64,000 bases of DNA. Origin: Girardia tigrina (lineage: Eukaryota). The notes under the pieces were generated by a model. The model searched no databases. It was not told where the DNA came from and worked only from the letters and a program-made list of their open reading frames with translations. The stretch covers positions 1-64,000 of the forward strand of contig MQRK01232195.1 in assembly GCA_001938485.1 (NCBI GenBank), given 5' to 3'. Positions 13,272-26,649 of this stretch are shown here, in pieces (the stretch's first letter is position 1; each line of letters starts with the position of its first letter). Position numbers and translations under genes: made by a program.

Positions 13272-14220
13272 TTATATATATATAAAACATTCGATAGAAA
13301 CAATCATTAATATTACTGTTTACAATTCTACTATATTGCCTACGGGGAGTTTTCTTATAAAATCAGTTCGTAAAGGAGTTTTCTACAACCCAATTTATCA
13401 ATATTCCCTCTGAAAGTGCTCCTCTTTATGTGATCTATTTTCTCAAAATCTCGTTGTACAACCGAATGATTCTCTGACGTTTCCATCGATATTGTTACAA
13501 CAGAAGATCATTCCTTGAAACCTTTGAACAACAAACACAAATCAAAATCGAGATTTATCTGTGCCATTCTCTCTCGTAAGTGTTTTTTTGTTATATATGT
13601 TTATTTATATTCTGTAAAAATAAAAGTTTTATACATATTTATCTTTATTTTTTTACGTTAAAGGAGTTCATTGAAACACGTTTTCAGTTAGCTCTTTTAC
13701 AATTTTAAGACTGTATACATTATTATACAATTTGTATACAATTTATGAAATACATAATTTATTTGTTCTATTAGTATACTTTCCTTTGTCGAGAATGAAT
13801 AAAGTTACATACAATCGTATGTTTTAAAATTTTTAAAAAATTTTGAAAGATTTCGTCCACAAATAAATATGTCCAACTAAGAGTTTGTACTATTTATGTA
13901 TCGATTCTATATTTCCCATTAGTTACTCATCAAGGATTTATGTTTCCTTTTGACCAGGTGGTTTGGAGAAAGATCCTAACTCTTAATAATATTTGTCAAC
14001 AATATGGCTATGATTACTACTTTAAATTGCCTTTTAAAATGTAATTGCTTTAAAATCCGGGACAACTTTTTGAAACACATGACTATTCCGGAAAATCAGG
14101 GACGGATGGGACGCCTGATTTAAACTGAATTTAGTACCATTTTATTACAATTATTACTGTGCAAATTTTATTCTGTTTTTATTGTTGGCTCTTTTTACTT
14201 AGCTCTTTTTGCATGGAACA
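12192..14220 (+). mobile_element. Mutator (MULE) element remnant, spans an assembly gap
   Basis: TIRs with AAAAGAGCCAA subrepeats at ~12197 and inverted at ~14185; transposase remnants HDH, LLYS...IRMFST...WYMD. Confidence 0.7.
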
Positions 14221-14877
14221 TTTATTAGCAATGCTTCGATAAAAATCCTTTCATAATTTGTGTGTAAATTATTTGAAATAACTTTAAAACCTTTATCATA
14301 ACCATCATAGTGTCTACCTTGATATATTTTAATATGGGTCAAATGTGAACCATTTATTTAGTATGTTCAGCAATTTATTTCTGATTTTACTTACATTTCA
14401 AATTCAAAAAATCAGTTTCTGGTTAAAAGAGTCGTTTTATTTTTGTTAGAGAAAAATTGAATTTTTTTCATTAATTCCTTTTAGTCTATGAACTTCACAG
14501 AAAATAAATTTTATAGGAGCAATAAATATTTATCGTCTCACAATTCTTACAGTAGTCGTTCAATCTAATAAACATTCCGAGATCGAGGAATTCTCTTACA
14601 ATAAGAGATTTATTCTTCAAAATATTAATTAAATTTAATGTTAATATTAATTAAATTGCTAGCAATCCTTTTAATAATTTATATAATATTAATCATCATA
14701 ATTATTTAGTGAAAATAATTATTTTAAATTTGTAAATACGCAAAAAAAATCAGCAATTTATTATTTCAAGCTATTTTGTGTATAAAATTACTTTTTGATA
14801 CAAATATTTGATTTACCTTGTCTTTTATGAGTTCAGAGATTTGTAAAATAGTGTTTATTTTATAGCTATAAATTTAA

Positions 14878-15670
14878 GGTACATATTGTTTTGACGCCGT
14901 TTATTTTGACACAGGCTGTTTTGACCCTAGTTTTAGTTGAATTTTTGATGGAAATGAATCAATTTTTTAATATTTATTTTTATGAATATTTTTAATTTGG
15001 ACGGCTTCAACCCCATTTTTCAAGATTTAATTCTATGAATACTTTTATTTTGATGGTTTTGTAACCATTTTTTAAAATGCAATTTTATGAATATTTTTTA
15101 TTTTTGATAATTTTGAACCTATTTTTTAGTTTAATTCAATTATTTTTTATTTTGATACGGTTTTGACGAGAATGAATAAAGTTATATACAATCGTATGTT
15201 TTAAAAATTTTGAAAGATTTCGTCCACTTACAAATATATGCAGGATTTCCGTCTTGGTCACCTCCAAACCTTTCGTTTGATTGACGATCATTACCTTTTT
15301 TAAAGATACGCGAGGGGTTCAAGGCGTACATTTCAACATTCGGCCTTTCCCTACTCACGTTGTAAGCTTCAATTCGTCTAGCTTTTTATACGAGATCATC
15401 AAAATCTTTGAAGTCTATTAGAACTATCTTCTAGTTTAATTTAATTACTTTTTTATTTTAGATGGTTTTCTATTTTTTTTTATTTGAACTTAATTCGGCA
15501 AGGGATCCAACGCACCACAAAATGCCTAAACGCAATACCGGTTCAGCCGATTAATCGCGAATCTATTGAATTACCAGAATCATATACTCTTTATGAGAAG
15601 TTTCCTAAAAATTTTGAGAAATTCCTATTGGTTGATTCTGGATTATGAGATCGTAATATAATTTCGATCC
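14878..15670 (+). mobile_element. MULE TIR and transposase scraps with an inserted gag-like fragment
   Basis: GTTTTGAC subrepeats; IELPESY...EKFLLVDSG. Confidence 0.45.
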
Positions 15671-15903
15671 AATCCTGATTTTTAAATGTAATTGTAAAAA
15701 ATTATTTCTGATTCTTTTCTGAATTATTAAAAAATATTTTGAAAATAGTATTGCATGTTTTTACTATTTAATGAAATTTCAGTAAATAATAATTTTCTGG
15801 TTTTATATAATGTTACATATCACAATTCTCGTGAAAATATTACTTTTGATCCTCAAGAATTCTGATTTCTGTGAACATTGAATTGATTGGATTTGTTTGA
15901 TAG

Positions 15904-16212
15904 GTCGTTACACTGTGGTATCGAGCACCCGAGATCTTAATGGGGTCCAAGCGATACTCTTGCGCGGTCGATGTATGGAGTGTGGCGTGTATATTTGCTG
16001 AGATGATCACTCGCAAACCACTCTTCCGTGGCGACAGTGAGATTGATCAGATATTCAAGATATTCCATTTGCTTGGTACTCCGACAGAGCGCGCGTGGCC
16101 AGGAGTGACACACCTTGCAAGTTGGAATTCAATGTTGCCCATATGGAGAAGTAACTGTCTTGGATCTGTTCTAAAGGACCAGATGACACCTGATGCACTT
16201 GATTTAATATCT
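15904..16212 (+). CDS. CDK1: Cyclin-dependent kinase 1, exon 4
   Basis: TAG acceptor; [28 protein letters not shown]; GTAAG donor at 16213. Confidence 0.95.
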
Positions 16213-16569
16213 GTAAGGCTTTTATAATTTGTAATTTGTTATCTTATTCTTTTATTTATAAGTAATTATTTTACTTCTATTTTTCCATTATTTTTCTTTT
16301 ATATGTATATATATATATATGTCCATGGAATTTAAAAACCTATTTTTGAAACATTTTTATTCAATCAAATTTCTTCAAACTTTGCACACTTACTTATTTT
16401 CGATTACAATAAATGATAATGTGAAAATTTGAATAAAATATCTATTTAAGGTCTTAGAATTGAAAAAAATGGCCAAATCCAGAGTTCCTAAGCAATATTA
16501 GTTTTTAAATTTAAAAAATTATTTGTTGCTTTAAGAATAGAATTCTTTAGATATTTGAATAATTGATAG

Positions 16570-16890
16570 AAAATACGATCATTTTGATACTGAAATTTAT
16601 CGTAAGAAAACTGATACTGGTTTATACACATCATAAGACATTTTTTGTGACTCTAGATATAAGAAGAATATGATAAAAGGTTGGCTTTGCCGTTCTTGAT
16701 CCCTTTCTTCTACTTTTGCTAAATCTAATAAAAGTATTGAAACATTGAGTAAATTGTTATAATTATATTCTAAGTCTTTTATTGAGAACTCACTCGTTAG
16801 ACTTTGGACAAAATAACTGAAAGAGAACGGATTAAGATTGCTCAGTCTAAAGAGACAATTAATTCGCCTGTGGATAAAGTCGAGGATTAT
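16570..16890 (+). mobile_element. Penelope-like RT C-terminal fragment
   Basis: EIYRKKTDTGLYT...RYKKNMIKGWLCRS*SLSS matches the PLE YRKxTxTGxY motif. Confidence 0.75.
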
Positions 16891-19800
16891 CTTAAGATTG
16901 AAATTCTTTCATACCGAGTTAGATTTTGGTTGGTAATTTCATACTTTTCTGCAATATATTTTGTCAATTTTTCCGCACCAGCGTTAGAAATCAACGTGTG
17001 TATCTGCATAATCATTTCTTCTCTGTTTGATTCCGGTATCCAAATTTTTTCTTTGTTCGTCTTTATTATACCATCTATAATCACTAAAAGGCACTGAACA
17101 TTTTTATCTTTTATACGAAATTCTACACTTGGCCGTCCTTTCAATTTTTTTATAATTTATGTCAAACTTTGCTATTTTTAATATATCTGTTGTAATATTT
17201 CTTTCCTTTCTTTCTTTTTCAAAATCCATGCTATCACATTTTTCATAACTTTCTTTATTCAAACTATCTAATTCACACATTTCTAGAGGAATATTTTCAT
17301 ACATACAATCACACACACATTCATATGTACAATCAAACATACATCTGCGTTGACTTTCTAATGAAGCACACTGATCACCTCTCTCTGTGATCGTGCATCC
17401 TCGTTTCCCGGATCATCTCTGAATTTTGATCGTTGGGCATATGAACCCGGTTGATACACAAATAAATTCGGTGCATATATCGGCCCGAAGGCGTCCTCTT
17501 TACCACCCCTGGTTTCCACTGGGGTTCTTTCACTAGCGGCCTCCCCCAGCACCCTTCAATTGAGTGAACGCTTCCACACACCGCACAGGCTTCCTCGATA
17601 GATTAGCGGTTAGATACCTTTTCCAACCCGCTTGTGTCTGTGTTCCTCACACAGACCCTTTCGCCACGCAGGCACACCCTCACTCCCTCATCAACCTCCC
17701 TTTCGGGAATCAAGTATTAGTCTACAAAAATTTATTTCAAAACAAGAGTTTTTTTCTGCCAGGACGGGACTTGAACTGATTTAGTTGGCCTGATTTTTCT
17801 TCAGCTTCATCGCTCGCCACTTCGTTGATGCTGGAAGCTGTCCGCGACAGCTACTTCATTGATTTCATCGTCTGTGTCTTCGAAAATTGGGCCTTCAGTC
17901 GCACGAGCTCTGGGATTGTGTACTGGATCGTCACGGAATTTAGCCAGGTTGGAGGAGTCTCTTCCGTCTTTGAATGCGATCCATTGACGCCCACTCCATT
18001 GGATATTGCTTCGGATGGTGGCGTGCGCAATGGCTTTCTCTCTGTGGAGGATGAAGATCGCATTGAGAGCTTTGATGTTGTCCGGGATCCAGGTGCCTAA
18101 AGCTCCTACAATGAATGTAAACAATGACACTTTATGATCGCTGAATTTTTCCTGAATGGATTCTTTTAGATGGTGATAATGTTCCAGATAATCATTATTC
18201 GCACGGGCTAAGTTATCTTTTTCATCGAAGGGACACTTGACGTCAATAAGAACAATTCGCCTCTTTTCAGGGAAGTAGACTTGCAAGTCTACACGGAGTG
18301 CAGAGTGAACAAATCGACACCGGTGATTGACATCGAGTTCGGCATTGCAGTGTTCCCTAATTTCGGAGGCCAGAATGTCAACGACAGTGTCATGACGAGC
18401 ATTAGTGTATGACATTAGTGTCGGACAGCAGCAGAGAACATGCATAAGAGTTTCAGCATTCTCTTGGCATCTCCTACAAATATCAGATTCCCCAAAACGG
18501 CAACTAACAGGCAAGGTGTAAGAGCGACTCTTCTGAATGAACTCCCACTCAAAGTTTGAGAGATTACTATTGTAAACAACAGAGGTCGTGTAAGAAGAGA
18601 GAGATAGGACAGACGCCGATCGGCCAACACTCTTCTGCTCAGTCCAGGAGTGGAGATAGTGGAGAGACAAACATTTCCTTAAGAACTCAGCAACTTTATC
18701 CTTTTCAGATGCTCGGATGGTGGAGGAGATCCGATAATCAGTATTTATGTCAGTCAGTGGATGGCTGATGATCTATTTATAGATTCATCAGCTTACCTGG
18801 CGGACTTACACTTCACCGATACGTACGTCCATTTCATTTATATCCCGATTACATCACTGCACTCCCGTTTCTATAGCCTCCAACCCACCTTTGTGTATCG
18901 GAGTCGTATAGAGGTCGCTCCCTGGGACCAGTTGCACAGATCATTTGTAGCCGGTGCTGCACCCCTGCCAGTACACGATTCCACCCATTTCCATGTATGG
19001 AATCATATTAGGCAGTGTACAGCCTCTCTTCTCTTCACCTTTCGAACCAAATTTACCACACCACCGTTTCTACAGCTTCCAACCCACTTCCATGTATCAG
19101 AATCTGTAGAGGTCGCTCACTGGGACCAGTGATGTAATATCCCAGGCTTCTCGCACCATACCCTTTCACACTATTGGGGATATTCACAATGCAGATTGAG
19201 CATATCCCTGAAAATCTCCAGGGATATGGGTACTTCTGACACTTTAGTGAACACGCCTGTCAAGATTAGACAGTGTGAACCAACGGGTCGCCGGCCCGTT
19301 GGAGGCCGGATTTACCGACTCCCTCATATAATATTCCTAAGAACGACCGATGTATCACAGAGTAATCTGAAGTCTAGCTGGTGTGGTCCCGAATGGGATC
19401 ATATAACCTCACAAGTTTCGTTATGCTTTTGGCTGATGTCATTCTGTTTTGTACTCCACCAGGTTGGAGTCTAAGTCCCGTTTTACTCCAGATCTCTCAT
19501 AATGATACTCAATCATTTCGTTCCAATTTTATTATATGAGAAGCCGAAGCTCCTCATCTGGGATATTCCTGTCTTTTAGATTCTTCTTTTCTATTGGTTT
19601 CGTCGGTATAGCCCCGTCTTGAAGAGTTATCTCCTTCATACAATTCATCGTCTAATTCGTCCAATTCCGCTACTGAATATTTCCTGTGTACGTCGGCCGG
19701 TCTCTATATTGTTGATTCGAGTAATTTTTCCTATCATTTTCCCATCGATATCTTCCATTATCCCGTTTCCATTGCTCGCGTTCCTTAAACCTATTTGGGT

Positions 19801-20860
19801 TTTCATAACATTGTGTTCTTATGTGTCCTTTTTATTGCAATGATTACATGTCACATTTGGACAATCTCTTCTAACATGTACTTCTTCATGACATGCCAAA
19901 CAAGTAATTTTCCTGACTTTAAAATTTCTTCTTGTATCTTCTGGAATTTCTCTATTCCGCGATCCTGTTGTTCTCTTTTTATTTTCCACTGTTTTCCATT
20001 CATTTTCTCTTTTTGTATTATATGCTGCCACTGGTGCGTTTTTTTCATGTTCGAACATTCTTGTTTGTATTTCTTCAATCTCATCAGATTTCGTGATACC
20101 TTGAATGGCTATTTGCTTTTGTACATCATCATCATCATCTATCAAGTTAGCGTATACTAAATTCGATAGTTCTTTCTTACCAAACTTTTTCTCTATTAGT
20201 TCGTCTGCCTTTCTAAATATTATTGTGGGATCGCTGGAGTCAATTCTCAAATCTAACATTTCTTTCATTAAATCTAGTACGGCTTTTTCCTTGGAGAACG
20301 CTGCTCTTAATTTTTCTTCACATGTTTCACCGGGTGCTGTTTCATACTTAATTATTGCCTCCAGAGTCATGTATGGCTTGACTAAAAGGATTTTCCTTTC
20401 CTCCGAAAATCCCATTATCTTCGCGTATCTGTTAAAATTCTTTATAAATGCTTCTACTTTTGTCTCTGATGCGTCGAATGTTTCTGGACCTTTGATATTC
20501 GGAGTCACGTGGTCGTGTGTCGCCATATTAAGAACACCAATTTGAGTTTTCATATTTTTATTTAAACAACAATTTTGATTGTCCTTAAGACATTTTTTGT
20601 CAAAGCTTTCGTACGATTGCATTCTAAACTAATTGATTAATGAATTAATTCTTATTATTTTTTAGCAAATGGGGAAATAAATATTTTAATAAAATATTTA
20701 CTAAAAACTTATTGGATAGAAATTAAAATGATTATTAATTATTTAAAAAATATTAATTTGATTTATTTAATAAAAATCGTAAAACCTAATTTAACTTATT
20801 TAAAATTGTAAAATTATTTGAAATAATAAATGAATTATTAAGAAATTTGTTTAAATATGT
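16890..20860 (-). mobile_element. Gypsy family 1 element (partial LTR, PBS, gag, frameshift site, internally deleted pol), interrupted by a non-LTR element
   Basis: LTR end GTTCTTAATA then TGGCGAC PBS at 20525; gag with two CCHC knuckles; protease QCLL fused to the integrase Zn-finger region. Confidence 0.85.
17440..19615 (-). mobile_element. RLE-type non-LTR retrotransposon (NeSL/R2-like group), internally deleted
   Basis: CRRC..ETLMHVLCCC knuckle, RHDTVV, RVDL...LIDVKCPFD restriction-like endonuclease, FIVGALGTW; GC-rich structured 3' UTR. Confidence 0.85.
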
Positions 20861-23418
20861 GGATTTTTGATATTAATCAAGTTTGTGGTGTTAAATTATG
20901 ATTTCGGAATTTGATAATACTGAAAGTGGCATAAACGCTACTTACATGGCGAACAACGCTGCTTTGAACAACTTCACGAACCAATTACTACCTGAAAAGT
21001 TCAGGAAAGGTTTCAGGAACTATTGTGATGACATGGATATCAAGAAAGAAGTTCGGATGAATAATGTAAAAGGAGTAGAACAAATAAATGTAAAGATCAA
21101 AATGATACACGATATTAAGAATATAGAGGATCAGATAAACGTAGTGAGAGAGAATGGAACGCAGAACAGCTACAAGGATGCTGTGACTCAAAATAATAAT
21201 AGATTTGAACAAAAGCATACAAGAGTCGGGGGCACAGAAAAGAACAGATATACTAATGATCAAAAGTGGGAGAGAAACCAATACTCGAGCGTAACAAATA
21301 GACAACGGGAGACTAGGAAATGCTTCGGATGTTGAATGGAGGGATATAATAGAAAAAACTGTACAGAAAGGAGACAAATCAAATGCCATGGTTGTGGACA
21401 GTAGGGACATGTAAGAAGAAACTGTCCGAATATCGAATGTAAACGGTGTCATAATAGAGGTCATCGGGAGGACAAATGTTACACCAACTTAAACGGGAGA
21501 AGAAACCAACAAAGATCAACGAATAACATATATCAAGGAGGGGGTTACAATCAACGACAAAATAGAGATAGAGAAAACAGGAGAAGAGGAGACAATAGAG
21601 GATTAGTAGCGAACATTGAAGAGAATATGAAGAATCGGTAATGGAGGAAGATCACCCAAAAGACAGAGCCTCGACAGAAGTGGAGCCAGTCGGGACAATA
21701 AACTAATAAATATAAAGGATTCCCAAAATATCGGTATTTATAGTAAAAGTAGTATAACAGAAATTACAGACGTAATGAGTGACAAATCAGAAAATATGAA
21801 AGCAGTAGAATGGAACGTAAATGATAAAGTTTGGAAGTTTTTAAAAAAAGATGTATACGGAGATAATTGTGTAAAATGTTTAGTTGAACCAGTAGAGGAC
21901 AGAAATACTAGCGAAGAAACCAGGATTTTAACCATAGAAGAATGGAAAGCTGAAAATATCGTAAACAACAAAATGCAAGGTCGACCAAGTGTAAAAGTAA
22001 TGATACAACGTATCAAGGAGGACTGTTTATTAGACACTGGGGCTATAGTGAACGTCATGAGCAAAACAATTTTTGACAAACTAAAGGATGTGAAATTAGA
22101 AGCAGCAGATATTAAATTACACTGTGCTAATAACAGTCCACTAGAATGTATTGGTAAGATATCAGTAATATGTAAATATCAAAGACAAACAGAGAAATAT
22201 AACGTTTATAGTTGTAACTGACATTAAACCAGACATAATAGACGGGATAAATTTTCAAAGTGAGTTCGAAATTGAGTTATGTTGGAAAAAGAAAAACGAT
22301 GAAATACTCGATCAAAATTTTCAGGTATGTAATTTAGAACCAAGATTCGGCCGGAAAGGGACAGACGAGGAACGATTTCAGATAGCCAAAAATACGATGC
22401 ATATTGCTGATAAACCAAAGATAATCAATATCGTAGAGAGGCATAAAAGAGTCTTCATGGCGGATAAATGGGATATAGGATGCACGACGCTGATAAAACA
22501 CAGAATAGATACAAAAGGACCGCCAATTAATTTGAAACCACATAGACAGCCAATCAATCTAGAAGAGAAAATCAATGAAACTATAAAAAACTTGTGGGAA
22601 AACAACATTATAAAGAAGTGTAACTCTCAATGGAATACTCCGATGACATGCGTGTTGAAAAAAGAAAAAAATGATATCAGACTTTGCTTAGATTTTAGAC
22701 AACTGAGTCTAGTTACGGAGAGACAGGCATTTCCAATGCCAAATATGATAGAGATGATGGACAAGTTGTATGGATCTAGATATTTTACTTCGATTGATTT
22801 GGGTAATGCATATTAACCAGGTAGAACTAGAAGAAGAATCAAAGCTGTAACGGCGTTTTCGACGAAAGTGGGTCAATTTTGTTTTAATAGAATACCGTTT
22901 TGTATTGCAGCGGCACCGGAGACGTTTCAAGAAGGTATGACAAGGATATTGGGGATATAGAACAGACAGTAGTTTATTTGGACGATATCCTAATCTTCTC
23001 AAAATCATTAAAAAAGCATTACGAGATTTTAGACAGAGTATTGGATAGAATTGAAAAGGCAAGTCTAAGAATTAATCCAGAAAAATGTCATATTTTAAAG
23101 ACAGAAGTCTAATTCCTGGGGTATGTAATCAACGAAAAAGGGATTCAAACAGATCCGTCCAAATTGGAAGCTATTAAATCTTTTGAAAAACCAAAATGTA
23201 TAAAGAATCTATGAAGTTTCCTAGGGACCTGTAACTATTATAGAAGATTCAACAAAGATTATGCAACGAAAGCAAATACATTACAGCAATTGTGTGGATT
23301 GGACAAGAAGAAATTATTATGGACAGAGGCGTGTGATATAGTATTTGCTGAGATGAAGGAAGCCTTGACTACACCCCCAATTCTTGGATTCCCAGATGTG
23401 GAGAAGGAATTTATTCTA
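20860..23418 (+). mobile_element. Gypsy family 3 element (LTR end, PBS, gag, protease, RT), truncated
   Basis: TTACA|TGGCGAAC; CCHC knuckles; LLDTGA; RLCLDFR, YLDDIL; stops and frameshifts. Confidence 0.9.
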
Positions 23419-24520
23419 GAGCTTCCAATCTCAACAACTGGAAAGGAAATCTCCCGTGTAACAAATGATTTCTTCGAAATTTATGAAATTCAATGGAGCA
23501 ATTACATTAGCGTTTGCATTGATGGAGCTGCAGCAATGATGAGCAATAAAAAGGGGTTTGTCTCATGTATAAAACGACAAAATCTGACAATGCAATTTAC
23601 ACATTGCTGCACTGATGGCTAGGAACTATTTCAATTATCAATTTTCGAAGCATGGGATCAGAATATAAATCCTTGTTGTACTACACGGAAGTACGCTGGC
23701 TATCCCGAGGTAAAGTTTTGGTCAGATTATTTGAGCTTCTTCACGAGGTTAGTCAGTTTCTACTTAATCAAAATATGTCAGAACTTCATCAGTTCTTCGA
23801 AAATAATCATTGGATTGTCAAAATAGCATACATGGCTGATATATTCGAACACATGAACGAACTTAATAAAAAAATGCCGGATCCGAATGAAAATTTATTG
23901 AAATGCTCTGACAAATTAAACGGATTCGAATCGAAACTGGAACTTTGGCAGACAGTGTTAAAACAAGCATCACTAGGAATGTTTCAAAGGATTGAAAACA
24001 GACGAATAATGTTGGATTTGGCTCAACAACATTTACCATTCCTGCAACACAAATTTGAGTACTACTTTCATGCAATCAACACAGAGCAATATGATTGGTT
24101 TCGAAATCTTTTTGGTACAAATGTGGCAAAATCTACAGAAGGATTATCCCTGAAAATTAGAGAGGACTTTCTCGAATTGCAGAACGACAGAACCTTAAAA
24201 ATAAAATTCATGGAAATGCCATTAGATGTTTTCTGTATTAAATTAAAGAATGAATATCCTCTGATATCCGACAAAGCTATCGAAATCTTGCTGTTATTTT
24301 ACACCACATATTTATATGAACTGAGTTTTTCCACCTTAGTGTTAATTAAAAATGAAAAACACTCCTGTTTGAAAAGTCTTGATGAAGAACTTCGGGTTGT
24401 TCTTTCAAATATTGAGCCAAATATAAAACATTTGTGTTCCCTGAAACAAGTGCAAATATCCCATTAACAATTTAAAAGTAAATTATAATATGTATATTGT
24501 GGTGCTCTGACTTTGATCAA
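23419..24520 (+). mobile_element. hAT (Buster/Charlie, ZBED5/SCAND3-like) transposase 3' part
   Basis: VCIDGAAAM, THCC, TEVRWLSRG, ELSFSTL, hATC dimerisation region. Confidence 0.9.
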
Positions 24521-25126
24521 AATATTTATTAATAAAATATTTCAAAATCTAATAAATAAATGTGTCAATAAAAAATTTTGTTGTTTTAACTCTTGTAAAA
24601 AAGGCAAACATTTGACAAATAAAGAATTTAATTGCTTCTTCATTTTTCTTCACTGCATGTTGATTTTATGAGTTTTATAAAAGTGCGTATTACTTCAAAC
24701 GAAGTCTGTGATGGATCTAAAATGACGTGGTCGGGTGTTATTACTTTCGGGCGTTTGGGGGAGATTGAGAGCAGCTGCACCGCCGTCCCAGCGGTCACGT
24801 GGGAGATCAGTGATTTTTTATTACTAAAGAATTTAGAAATATGTTTTAAAATTTAAATTCAATCATTGATTTAGAACTTGTAAACTCAAACTGTTAAGAT
24901 TGTCTATGTTTTTATTTGTAAAGCCTTCGAAATATAAAAGAAAATAATATTGAAAAACAAAAAAAATCTGTCAAAAAATAAACATTATATGTATTTGACG
25001 CATTGTGTCTCTGAAAAAGGTTTATGCAGAATGACTTCTTACAAACATCAAATTCCAACGTTGTTTGTGCTCTCTTGTTCTACGCATGTGATCTTCCAAA
25101 TTCTTTGCAGTTATGCTCGTAACATA

Positions 25127-26640
25127 CAGTGCGTTCAGAAAGTCACTGTGCACCTTTCATTGTCTGGTTTATTTTTAGATAATCAGCGTTGTAGCAGACT
25201 TTTTAAATGCAAATTTCTATGAAATCGAACTATGAAATAGATTCGTGAACAAAAAACATACCTACACACTTTGACCTTGACACTGAGCGTTTTAAATTTT
25301 TAAAAAAATATCATTTTGATATTCAATCTAATCATTGACGAAAGTCAATTTATTCTTAAAGTTAATTCCAATTGAAAATGGTTTTGTCAACGGAGGAGAG
25401 AATATTTTTGATTGAACATGTCTTTCGGGCGAATGATGAATACACAGAAGCAGTGAAGGAAAAATTTGCCGAAAAGTNNNNNNNNNNNNNNNNNNNNNNN
25501 NNNNNNNNNNNNNNNNNNNNNNNNNNNNNNNNNNNNNNNNNNNNNNNNNNNNNNNNNNNNNNNNNNNNNNNNNNNNNNNNNNNNNNNNNNNNNNNNNNNN
25601 NNNNNNNNNNNNNNNNNNNNNNNNNNNNNNNNNNNNNNNNNNNNNNNNNNNNNNNNNNNNNNNNNNNNNNNNNNNNNNNNNNNNNNNNNNNNNNNNNNNN
25701 NNNNNNNNNNNNNNNNNNNNNNNNNNNNNNNNNNNNNNNNNNNNNNNNNNNNNNNNNNNNNNNNNNNNNNNNNNNNNNNNNNNNNNNNNNNNNNNNNNNN
25801 NNNNNNNNNNNNNNNNNNNNNNNNNNNNNNNNNNNNNNNNNNNNNNNNNNNNNNNNNNNNNNNNNNNNNNNNNNNNNNNNNNNNNNNNNNNNNNNNNNNN
25901 NNNNNNNNNNNNNNNNNNNNNNNNNNNNNNNNNNNNNNNNNNNNNNNNNNNNNNNNNNNNNNNNNNNNNNNNNNNNNNNNNNNNNNNNNNNNNNNNNNNN
26001 NNNNNNNNNNNNNNNNNNNNNNNNNNNNNNNNNNNNNNNNNNNNNNNNNNNNNNNNNNNNNNNNNNNNNNNNNNNNNNNNNNNNNNNNNNNNNNNNNNNN
26101 NNNNNNNNNNNNNNNNNNNNNNNNNNNNNNNNNNNNNNNNNNNNNNNNNNNNNNNNNNNNNNNNNNNNNNNNNNNNNNNNNNNNNNNNNNNNNNNNNNNN
26201 NNNNNNNNNNNNNNNNNNNNNNNNNNNNNNNNNNNNNNNNNNNNNNNNNNNNNNNNNNNNNNNNCAAGATCCCCAGATCTAAGTGTTTTGGACTTTTACC
26301 TGTGGGGAGCGATAAAGCAAAAGGTTTACCGAAACAAACCACAAACTTTGCAAGACCTACGTGATAACATCCTACACCAAATTTAAGCCATCACCCAAGA
26401 GGACATTCATCGAGTGTTCGAAAACTTGAAACGTCGAATTAACGTTTGTATTCACGAACTTGGTGGGCATTTCCAGCAGTTGTTGTGACTCTATTCTTGT
26501 TATTTTTAATAAATTAAGAGACGGTCATTGTTCTTCAAATAAAATTGACTATTCAAAATATTTTGTTATTGATTTTTAGAACACAGGATATCGTTCTTGT
26601 TTTAAAATTGCAGGTGCACAGTTACTTTTTGAACGCACTG
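25127..26640 (+). mobile_element. Full-length Tc1/mariner-superfamily element (maT/DD37D-like), centre in N-gap
   Basis: TA TSDs; ~29-bp TIRs CAGTGCGTTCAGAAAGTCACTGTGCACCT; RSPDLSVLDFYLWG...GGHFQQLL; one stop visible. Confidence 0.9.
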
Positions 26641-26649
26641 TATAATACA

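Noticed and set aside
19795-22608. Numerous antisense ORFs over Gypsy regions
   Set aside because: Shadows of purine-rich gag/pol frames, with no motifs.
25362-26386. Long ORFs of 306-330 aa (also 12838-13215 and 31517-31741)
   Set aside because: Artefacts of translating through N-gaps.
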